Below are positions 31,551 through 41,686 of a stretch of DNA of 64,000 nt, in pieces. Positions within the stretch are counted from its first letter, which is position 1; every line of letters starts with the position of its first letter. The stretch lies in NCBI GenBank assembly GCA_024704765.1, contig JAKMXF010000066.1, positions 500,495 to 564,494 of the forward strand, in the 5' to 3' direction. The notes under the pieces were generated by a model. That model did not search any database, had not been told where the DNA came from, and saw nothing but the letters and a program-made list of their open reading frames with translations. The DNA is from Oopsacas minuta. Lineage: Eukaryota > Animalia > Porifera. Made by a program: the position numbers and the translations under genes.

Positions 31551-34318
31551 ATGGCACACACAAAGTCAAGCAACACTAATTTCCGTGCTATGAAGAGGAT
31601 TGGATATTTATTGAACTTTATTTACAGTCTTGGATACATAGTAAGGTTCTTCCACCAATTATTCTACATTCTAAAATGTCAACTAAACAAGCTAAGAGGG
31701 TTAGAAACAGTAACAAAGATAGTCTGGAGTGATAATGAGATATTAAACTGCTCGGCTGTGCGTCTTTCTAGAATGATAAGAAGTAGGAGTGTAACTTCTG
31801 AGTTAGTTGTACAAACATTCATTGATAGAATTAATGAAGTTAATCCTGTTATCAATGCTGTAGTATGTGATAACTTTGTTCAAGCACTCAAGAGAGCTAG
31901 AGAGGTAATTTCTATGTAAATCTATCCATATTCGTCAGGATTGGGGAAATTGTACTATTTTTCACTTTTTTGAAGTAGAAAACTCCCGAAATTCTTTATT
32001 AAAACTTACAGTCAACTCCTGTTATATCGAAGCTCAAGGGACCGCGATAATTTTGACGGTTTGGGACCATATTTGTGTAATTAGACTTCTATATAAGCGG
32101 GTAGTTCGATACATCCGTGTTCGATCTAAAGGGAGTTAACTGTATTTACAAATAATATTTCAATTAGATTGATGCATATCTGGATGGACCTACTGAATCC
32201 TTCCCCTCTGACCTATCCCCAGAAAATGCTCCTCTTGTTGGTGTTCCCTGTTCCATCAAGATGAGTATATTCGTTACAGACATGGTGAATGATGTTGGTG
32301 TATGGTGTCGTAGAGGTCGAGTAGCTAGTAGAGATGCTGATGTTGTAGTGAGGCTGAGGAAAGCTGGAGCTATTCCTCTCGCGGTTACTAACACATCTGA
32401 GTTCTGTTTCTTTTGGGATAGTTGTAATAAAGTGCATGGAGCTACCAAGTAAGTAACTTTTATAATATACGTAGAATCGCGTTAATACGAACAAATATTT
32501 GCACAATGTCAAGTCTCTACAATTGTTATTCAATTGGTACTAACGAGGTTTCTTTGTATGTACGCGATTTATACGAAAATCCATACGATACGTTTATGAG
32601 TGCTAATGCTATTTCAATGAATATACAATTCATACTACATGTATGTATATAGCAACCCTTACAATACTCAACATACGAGTGGAGGTAGTTCTAGTGGTGA
32701 GGGAGCTCTTGTAGCTGCTCAAGGATCCCCGTTTGGTATCGGAACAGATGGAGGAGGTAGTATTAGGATGCCTGCTTACTTCACAGGGGTATACGGTCAC
32801 AAGTGTAGTCCTGATATGGTATCAAATGACGGACAGTTTCCTCATATTGAGGATACACGTATCTCTATAACTACAGGGCCTCTATGTAGATATCCGGAAG
32901 ATATAGGACCTGTTATGCGAGTTATCTCATATAGTCCTTTCCCTGAGTGGAGTGAGGTTATATATGTTATTAATAATACAGTCAACTACCGTTACATCGA
33001 TTCTGAAAGGACTGTAATATTTACTTCGATATAACCGATGAAACTTATGTTTTGTAACGGAAATTGACTCTAAGATCTAATTTTAATGAGCTACACATTA
33101 GAACTCAGATAAGACATACTCCCTCGGGAAACTCAGCATAGTACGTTTTAACTGAAGTATGTCTTATCCGAGTTCTACCGTATATTATAATATTTTCATT
33201 AGATAGATGCATCCAAGCTTAAGATCTACTACTTGCTGGAGCCTAACATATCCTTATCTTCCTCAATAGATCCTGTTATCACAGAACGTACTAGATCTCT
33301 CATAGACACCCTAACAACCAAGTGTAGTATGCACGTAGAGCCGTATGATAATAAGTTATTCCAATGGAGTCTTCCTATATGGACAGGGACTAATCTCATG
33401 CATGGAGATCCTTCAATTGATAAACAGCTGTTAATTAATGATCCAACTTCTAAACGTGTGAGTTATGTCGCAATTTCTATTGTAAATAAAGTTAACTTCC
33501 GTTATATCGAAGCTCAAAGCAAAAAGATCGCGATAATTACTTCCATATAACCGTAAAATGATATAACAGGAGATGATTGTATCTATTTTAACAAACTTTT
33601 GATCCACATTACTAATTCAGTAATTTTCACAAAAACTAGAATTTTATTAGTTCCTGCCTATACATATATTATTGTTATTTATGACTGACTGTATGTGTGT
33701 GTAGATTAACTTTGGCTGGGAGCTATTAAAGAGCTTTGTCTGTGCAGCTAACTTTAACATGTTCACAAACATCCTCGCTCTATCTCAAAGGAGAACTAAA
33801 TTTAATTCTAATGCTGGGTTTAACCATAAAATGTATAATGTCGGACAGAAGCTGAAGCAACAATTAGAAGATTTACTGGGGGATAATGGAGTGCTATTGT
33901 TTCCTTCTCACCCTACTACAGCCCCTAGACATAATATGCCTCAGGTAATGTAGTGATAGCTATATAGCTATTAGTATATTTCAAATGCTAACTAATATAA
34001 TGAGAGTTTGATGGGGAAATTTGGAACTTCTTATCTGTAAACTTGTTATGATAAATCTGTGAATATTTCGGTTTGAAATATTACATTTCATTATATATTT
34101 TCTCTAAGGTAATGCCTACGAACTTCTCATTCACTGCAGTATTCAATGCTATACTAATGCCTGTAACTCAAATACCGCTTGGACTTTCACCAGACGGTCT
34201 ACCATTAGGAGTACAACTTGTAGCTAAACAAGGGAATGATCATTTAACTATTGCACTAGCTGAATATATCTCAGAAGTGACCAAGGTAGGATGTACTCTT
34301 CCTACAGGTTGTACATGA
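31551..34318 (+). CDS. FAAH2: Fatty-acid amide hydrolase 2-like amidase, 6 exons
   Basis: RINEVNPVINAVV; GVPCSIK (catalytic Lys); amidase signature GGSSSGEGALVAAQGSPFGIGTDGGGSIRMPA; GLPLGVQLVA; exon phases consistent. Confidence 0.88.
32009..32142. mobile_element. MITE family A
   Basis: TA-CAGTCAACTCCTGTTATATCGAAG ... GGGAGTTAACTG-TA; amidase intron 1. Confidence 0.85.
32979..33070. mobile_element. MITE family A, short copy
   Basis: TA-CAGTCAACTACCGTTACATCGA ... GTAACGGAAATTGACTC-TA; amidase intron 3. Confidence 0.75.
33096..33180. mobile_element. MITE family D
   Basis: TAGAACTCAGATAAGACATAC ... GTATGTCTTATCCGAGTTCTACCG-TA; same intron as the family A copy. Confidence 0.8.
33489..33579. 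mobile_element. MITE family A, short copy
   Basis: GTTAACTTCCGTTATATCGAAGCTCAA ... GATATAACAGGAGATGATTG-TA; amidase intron 4. Confidence 0.75.
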
Positions 34319-34460
34319 ATTTATATAAAATTATTAGTTGGAAATTGTAGAGTTTAGTTTGAGTTACTTGCATATTCTTGTATTATTTATTATTATTTAT
34401 TATTAATATATTATTTGATATTTTGAGTGATTATCTTATAATTTATCAAAAATTAAGACG

Positions 34461-34577
34461 CAGTGTTTCCCAACCTTTTCACTAGGGATCCTCTAATTTT
34501 ACAATTTTAATACATTCTGTGGACCCCTGCTGTCGTCAGTGTACCACCAAAGGGTCATGGACAGGTTGGGAACACTG
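34461..34577. mobile_element. hAT-like MITE (CAGTGTTTCCCAACC TIR)
   Basis: Terminal CAGTGTTTCCCAACC / GGTTGGGAACACTG; related fragments near 4690-4740, 17546, 31428, 36121 and 53626. TSD not preserved. Confidence 0.65.
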
Positions 34578-34620
34578 AAATACGGTACTGAAAGATTTAA
34601 TATCATTTGTAGCTTTCTGT

Positions 34621-36043
34621 ATGGTTCTAGTCAAAATGAAGAAATTTTCCAAAAAGCATAAAATTAGAATTTTACTTCTATCATCACTCATAATTATTGT
34701 TCTTATTCTAATTGGATTGAGTATTGCACATGAATACCCAAAACAGACAGCTCATTTCAAAAGGCTGGTATATTTACTTTACAGCAAAGTTATCGGAGAT
34801 ATTGCTAAAAGACCTATTACGACTAATCTCTCTGCCTCAGATAGGTAATTTGCTAGTGAACAAATACTGATTTTACTTGCAAATATGCAAAATTTGTAGG
34901 TTGATATTTGAGAGTTGTGCTCCATTTTACAAAGAGGATCATAAAGTAGTGAAGAGGGTTTGTCCTCGAAATATGAGGTTTCGACCTGCTAATAAAGCTA
35001 ATGACGTCACGGCTTTGATAAGTTTTCCTGGATCAGGAAACACATGGATGAGACAGATTATGGAAGAAGCTACTGGTATATATACTGGAGCTATATATTG
35101 TGATGAGGATCTGAAGAGAGCAGGGTTTCTTGGTGAGTTGATAACTACCATACATCCCATCTGGCTTGTTAATAGGTGAACTCAAGTGTATTTGCAAAGT
35201 GTTAAAAACTTTAACACTATTTTATTATTTAGGAGAATATCTTACTTCTAACGCAGTTATAGCTATTAAAACACATTTAACGGACAATAGATTAATTAAT
35301 GGAAAATCTGGAAAATCATTTGATTCTGTTATATTTCTAACACGCAATCCTTATGATGCTATAATAGCTGAGGCTAACAGGGAATGGACTGAAGACCATA
35401 CTAAAGTAGCACAGATAGAAAAATTCAAAGATTTGAAAAACTGGAGTGAATTCGTATCTAAGATGTCAAAGATATGGGAAATGACAGTCAGAACTTGGTT
35501 GCAAGAGGATAAACCGTTGCTGATTGTAAGGTAAGATCCTTTATTCAATTTTACGTTCATACGCGCATATACGTACTTGACAAAAGTTTGAATGGTAGAA
35601 TTTTGAGTACAGTGGAGTTCACCTATTAGCAAGTCATATAGTGTGCGAATTTCCCTTGCTGCTATTTAGAGGAATTATTTCCAATACAAAATGGACTCTA
35701 AGTCCCTGAAAATATATGCTATTAGGCGAATAATGGTAACAGACTAACCTAAACACACAACTGTATATTATTGAGAAATTATATTTTAAGATATGAAGAT
35801 TTGAAATCAGACCTACTTAACCAATTAAAGCGTATACTAACATTCCTGAAGGTTCCATATACTGAAGATCAGCTCCATTGTGTTCTCAAGGCAAACTTAG
35901 ATACATTTAAACGGAAGAATGGTAGCGAAAATGAAGAAAAATACAAGAAATATTATTATACAGATGAACTTGTACAGTATGTTAATTCTACAATTGAAAA
36001 TGTTAGACCGATTTTGAATAAATTTAGCATATTCTATCTATAA
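34621..36043 (+). CDS. WSCD-like type II membrane sulfotransferase (no WSC domain seen), 4 exons
   Basis: N-terminal signal-anchor; 5'-PSB ALISFPGSGNTWMR..EEATGIYTG; IAIKTH; 3'-PB LTRNPYDAIIAE; RYEDL; introns in consistent phase. Confidence 0.85.
35610..35763. mobile_element. MITE family B
   Basis: TA-CAGTGGAGTTCACCTATTAGCAAGT start; ends CTG-TA; last intron of the sulfotransferase. Confidence 0.8.
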
Positions 36044-36794
36044 ATTCAATATTTATTGATTATACCGAAAAGATGAATATGTTTGCATAATATGATAATC
36101 AAGAGAAATGACTTTGAGAACTGGTTCCCAAACTTTTCACCAGTGGATCTCTTTACAAATATTATATTTTAACACAACCATTTCCTACAGATGTCATTCT
36201 CATATCACCCTTCCATATACATTACTGGAACAATAATTACAAAGCTTCTATCAAACACTAAATTGAATAAATTATAGGGGATCTCCCTATCTCACGAATA
36301 TTGCAAATACTGAAACTATACTAATTTGAATATCAATAGCATATGCATATACAACACCCAATTGCATGTAACTCAATATTATATCTGAGCATTATTCCCT
36401 AATGTGTCCCTTCTTCAGGTATTATTCTGTCAGCAAACATTGCTATTTTAATTATCTTAACTTATCTAATTTTAAACACATTTGTTACCCTAGATCAAAT
36501 TTATAGTTCATAAACCTACACACTCTACTGGTATAATCGGGTATTATGCTAATGGGGTATTATACCCAAATTAGTTTTCTAATTAAGTGGCACTTACCAC
36601 TTACAGAAAGTGGACAATAAATAGTTTTAAATATCGATGATTTGAGGGTTTATTAAAATCCAAAGAGTATGTCATAATTCCCTAAAAATTACGAATTAAG
36701 CTATTGTATGGAACTTATTTGAAATTTCTTGAAAAATTACAAAATTTAAAACAGGAAATTATATCCATTTTTGACATATTAGTTACATCACCTA

Positions 36795-37700
36795 ATGGCA
36801 TCCAACGATTTAACTATTACAGATAGTCATCACCATTTATGGACACCTGAAACTCACTCATGGTTGAAATCAGCTGATGACCCAGATAATCCCCTTGCTA
36901 TTTTCAGATCTGTGCAGAAATATTTGCTACCTGATTTTATAACAGATATAGAACCATACAACCTAACAAAGTCTGTTTACGTTCAATCTAATAGAGATGG
37001 TGATCCTGTAGATGAAACAAAATGGGTACAAACTATATCTGATACAAATCCTAAGGGATTTCCCCATGGGATAGTAGGTAGTTGTGACCTAACATCAAAA
37101 GACCTACCTCTGATTTTAAGTAAGCATATAGAGTTCGCGAATTTTAGAGGCATACGACAGGGATTAATGTTCCACCCAGCGAAACCGCAACTACGCTTCG
37201 CTTCACACGATAATTATCTTACTGATATAAATTGGCAGCAGGGATATTCTCTTCTCTCTACTCACAACTTATCATTCGATATGTTAGTGTTACCTCATCA
37301 ATACACACGAGTATATGACGTCATAAAGGCTAATCCAGCTGTTCCTGTCGTGATCAATCATTGTGGTGCAATGTTTGACAGAAATGAAGATACTATGAAA
37401 TTATGGAGAGATGGAATTGCAATGTTAGCTTCATTACCTAACTGTTATATGAAGTTATCTGGCCTTCAATCGGCACAAATTAATCCTGATGATTTCGCCC
37501 TTATCAAGAGTATAATCCAACAGTTAATTACACTGTTTGGTACTGATAGGTGTATGTATGCTTCTAACTACCCTGTTGACAAGATATATGCTACTTATAA
37601 GCAAGTAATGAATGCATTTGAGTTCTCCATTGCTGATTATACACTGGAGGAGAAGAAAAATATATTCGCGAAAAACGCGAATATATTCTACAGATTGTAG
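36795..37700 (+). CDS. Amidohydrolase-2 family TIM-barrel hydrolase (L-fucono/L-rhamnono-lactonase-like), intronless
   Basis: ITDSHHHLW, SVYVQ, FRGIRQ, LSFDM, VINHCG, YMKLSG, DRCMYASNYPVD, NANIFYRL. Confidence 0.85.
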   Translation: MASNDLTITDSHHHLWTPETHSWLKSADDPDNPLAIFRSVQKYLLPDFITDIEPYNLTKSVYVQSNRDGDPVDETKWVQTISDTNPKGFPHGIVGSCDLTSKDLPLILSKHIEFANFRGIRQGLMFHPAKPQLRFASHDNYLTDINWQQGYSLLSTHNLSFDMLVLPHQYTRVYDVIKANPAVPVVINHCGAMFDRNEDTMKLWRDGIAMLASLPNCYMKLSGLQSAQINPDDFALIKSIIQQLITLFGTDRCMYASNYPVDKIYATYKQVMNAFEFSIADYTLEEKKNIFAKNANIFYRL

Positions 37701-37833
37701 ATTGACTTTTGAATACCCTTTAGATCGTTTAGATCGAATAATATACACATTTTAGTAATTATGTATCTTGGAAAATTATTGTATTTTTATACACATTTTG
37801 AGGATAACGATAGATGTATGGTGTTTCCAATTA

Positions 37834-37977
37834 CAGTGATGTTTGACTATTAGCAATATTCGCTAAATAGCAATGAGACTTCCATTTTGTATTGCAAATA
37901 ATTCCTCTAATCGCAAGTTCGCGTATTAGTAAGGGAAGTTCATACAAGAGTCTACTTGCTAATAGCGAACTCCGCTG
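37834..37977. mobile_element. MITE family B (reverse orientation), intergenic
   Basis: TA-CAGTGATGTTTGACTATTAGCAA ... CTTGCTAATAGCGAACTCCGCTG-TA. Confidence 0.8.
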
Positions 37978-38920
37978 TAATATACAAGATTATCTAAGAT
38001 GGTTTAAAATAATTACTTACGAGTAATGACACTAGTTAATTATCCTTTTCATCCCCTTTCATGGTAATTATTTTGAAGGTGTGTTTAGGCAAGATGTATT
38101 GAATGTTTGGGATTATTTTATTATTCATAAACCTAGGCTATGTCTTCTGTCAATGATTACAAGTGTTTCTAATGGGACGAATAATTAATAATGGATTCAC
38201 CCACCTCATTTCGATATTGTATGGAAGAATTATACCTAATGGTTATTTGGTTAAGCAATGTAATAAATAATTTGAGTGTTTATTCTTTGAAGATAATTGC
38301 TAATGACACAATTCATTTGGGATAGTCATTTTATATTGACCTATGCTTACAACCATTATTCTACTAACCAAATAGTTCTTGTGGAAGCGAAAAATACATC
38401 TACCGTATGTATTATCTTGTGGCCGCCATTAAACAAATTTGTCTTTGTAGAACTCAAGCTAATAAGTTTAATTCTTTGAATTGTCTCATATATATTGTAT
38501 TAGTCATTTGTAATATTATATTCTAAGAAAATATTATACGAATCTCTATACTGATCTAATATAATAATAGCTGTTGTATCTCTGTGGAAATCGAAAGTGA
38601 AATTCAAACCAGTTTCAAGATCAGTAAGTGCTTATCCAATAGAAATTACCAAGTAAATTAATTGAGATAGCACAAAATGCTTCTCAAACAATATCTATGT
38701 TATTCTATATGGAACTGGTACTAAATGTGTTGCAAACTATGATATAATTAACTCAACTACTTTCAAGTAATACACAGAGGAATGAGTATTAAGGTATACT
38801 GAGTATAGATCATTATACCGGTACATGAGTATATACAAATGAGGTAAAGGACTGAAAACTATATAATGGAAGAAATCATACATTAATTAACTTCATCTCT
38901 AAACAAAAATATAAACAAAT

Positions 38921-39157
38921 ATGCCCAAATTTGCCCTTTCAGGAGAAGATCTGTTATTGGTATCCCCATCAATGTTAATACATTTTGCCCGAGATGATCA
39001 ACATTACAATAAGATGTTGAAAGATAGACGTAGGCTACAAGTTAAGTATAATGTACAAAAACTGAGACTTAAGAGACAGAAGACAAATCTCATAAATGAA
39101 GCTATCAAATTGAGGAAGGAGATACATTTTCTGAAACAACAAATGGATCTAATATGA
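38921..39157 (+). CDS. Small atypical Maf/CNC-like bZIP protein 3
   Basis: LSGEDLLLVSPSML..LKDRRRLQVKYNVQKLRLKR plus three Leu heptads; closely similar to 28075-28359. Confidence 0.65.
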   Translation: MPKFALSGEDLLLVSPSMLIHFARDDQHYNKMLKDRRRLQVKYNVQKLRLKRQKTNLINEAIKLRKEIHFLKQQMDLI

Positions 39158-40293
39158 TTTATTCTACATCACATCTCATAGAATCTTGTCTCCAGCAGTA
39201 ATTGAATACAAATAAGTATTTTTAAGCATTGGAAAATTAGCTCACTGTCTACATATGTATATCTTATTCATTCATTATATTTACTAAGTTTTGTTATTCC
39301 ATAGATATTAATATATGATTCATAATTTATAAATGAAGTATTATTTTAATTCAAGTTGTTTTATATTATTTTGTCATAAGAATTGTTAAAATGGTATGTC
39401 AATAGTTCTTGGATATCCAGCTAGTACTTCGGAATGACTATTCCACATTTCAATGGAAAAAGAGGTGTTGTAAAGTTCCTCTAGGGAGAATACGCCCAAC
39501 GTATGTGCGCTCGAAATAAAGGACTAAACCCTCTGCCATAGGTATAGATAGATTCTATTATTTGCGTACTCCTATAGCAAAAAATATTGATTGGGAGTAC
39601 AACTAATAAGATCTAGTGAATAGAATTTGAGTCTAATTATCGCTGTCTAAAGATGGTTCCATTTCGGAATTTATTCTCTCGTCACCTACCGCGCAATCGC
39701 GTATCGAAATGTCGGTATCCCACCCAGCGGCTCAGCCAGTCTTGGCATACTACAGGTGTGGGAGGGGGCAGGTGGCATGAAATTGGGAAAGCGACATTGC
39801 CTAGCGCAATCTACAAAAGGTGGCTACTTATCTACTCCACCCTATTCACTTTAGACGTCTTATGAGGCGCAAGGAGTTGAGTAAACCCAGTTTGTCATTA
39901 ATCTTTGCTGTAAGACGCGAATTCTGGGTAATCCCTATCATGTAAACATGTAAACAAATCATGTAACATTAGTCAAATTTTAAACTCATCATAGGTAATA
40001 TTTCTATTTATAAGAAAATTTATAGAGTTTCACTTTCACTTTGTGTTGTACATATTCTAACACTACAATTGTTTACAAATATTATTGTAGGGTTTGTTTA
40101 CATAATCTCAGGTGTTTTTGTTGTTTTGTAATTTTATAGTAATCTATATTTATGATGTTTCAATTTATAACCGTCCTCTTGAAATCACTTATAGAGCTAG
40201 GGACACAAGATATGTACACGTAATGTCGAACAACTCTGCACTTATAAATAGAGACCTAAATCAAATAATTTGAGAGAAGCTAAAATAAACACA

Positions 40294-40698
40294 ATGAACT
40301 CGCCATACAATCATTACTATCCTACTTACCAACTTGTTCATGATTCATTCATTCCACAGTCAAATTCAGGAATATCTACAAATTATAATATCAATAACAG
40401 AACGTATATGAACCAACCCAGAAGGAACATACAATATCAATACAATTCCCATAATTATTCTCATTCATTCACAATAGAAGATTTAGTTAATCTTAAGCTA
40501 AGTGAAATTAGGAAATTATACACTGACCCTGTAGAGAGGGCTGAAGTGATTAAGATTAGACGTAAGGAGCAGATTAGACAAGCTGTAACTCTGTGGAGGA
40601 TTAGGAATATAAAGAAATCTTTGATTGAAGAGAAACTGGAATTAGAAAAGGAGATTGAAATGATGAAGAATGAAATGTATGGAGGATTTACAGAATAA
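40294..40698 (+). CDS. Small atypical Maf/CNC-like bZIP protein 4 (N/Y/H-rich N-terminus)
   Basis: FTIEDLVNLKLSEIRKL (Maf FSDEQLVTMSVRELN-like), IKIRRKEQIRQAVTLWR, zipper; TATAAATA at 40243-40250; ATG at 40294. Confidence 0.7.
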   Translation: MNSPYNHYYPTYQLVHDSFIPQSNSGISTNYNINNRTYMNQPRRNIQYQYNSHNYSHSFTIEDLVNLKLSEIRKLYTDPVERAEVIKIRRKEQIRQAVTLWRIRNIKKSLIEEKLELEKEIEMMKNEMYGGFTE

Positions 40699-40786
40699 AT
40701 ATTTAAATACTTAAAGCACTATACTTCCTACAGATAATCAATAATTAAGTAATCTACATTAATCTAATCTACAATAATATAATAAA

Positions 40787-40824
<38 letters not shown>
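40787..40824. repeat. (AAT)n microsatellite
   Basis: About 12 AAT units. Confidence 0.9.
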
Positions 40825-40826
<2 letters not shown>

Positions 40827-41686
40827 TGCTCTTGTAATTACACAAATTCCTGTTTATTTCACCTAACATATCTACACATTTTGAGTAAATATTGATAAAT
40901 ATATTCTACTTATATTCCATAAATATTGATAATTCTATAAAATCTTATTAAAGCAATTGTTATGTTAATTAAGTGTCAGTGGGTGCTACTAATGTTAAAA
41001 TGTGCAAGCTAGGAAGTAGACTGGATAATGTGAGAATTGAGATTAGAGAAGACAGTAATAGTAAAAAATATATTAAATTATATTGCTGCCTGGAAACAAA
41101 CACGTTACGCATACTTAAGAGTTCTTAATATACAAGGGAGATTTTGTCATTTTGTTCAATATTTATGAATCACAGGAATTTGCAAAGAATTAACATTTGG
41201 GAATAGCCCCAACTCACAGATTTAGGTTTTCATGGGTGTACATATTAGAAACGTAATTATTATGATGTATTGTGATAATCAAGTCAGTACAGAAATAGAT
41301 TTATGTCCGTGTGTAGGGACAGAAATGGAATAACATTAGAATTATATTAAAGTTATTTTGAACATTTTATTGCTAATAATTAATCATGAGGTTTACAAGT
41401 AAGTGATATAGAGACAATAATATGCGGCAATTTTTTCCAAATATTATTAATTTGTAATTATTGTTGTTCCCAAATATAAATATTGTTCTATTTGTATTCA
41501 GCTCAACTACTCGCTGATGCCCGGCCTTTACCAATAATAATGAAGTAAATAATATGATAAACTTCCAGAAATAAATAAATATAACACCAATAGGTAACAA
41601 AAGAAACATCATTTACATTAAACACATTATTAAACAAATACTTCGGTATATATATAAACTTGAGTAAATGTTTTTATCGAGGTTTA

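Noticed and set aside
41373-41612. 79-aa hydrophobic minus-strand ORF downstream of the aGPCR
   Set aside because: Composition is typical of AT-rich non-coding DNA read in frame; no motifs.
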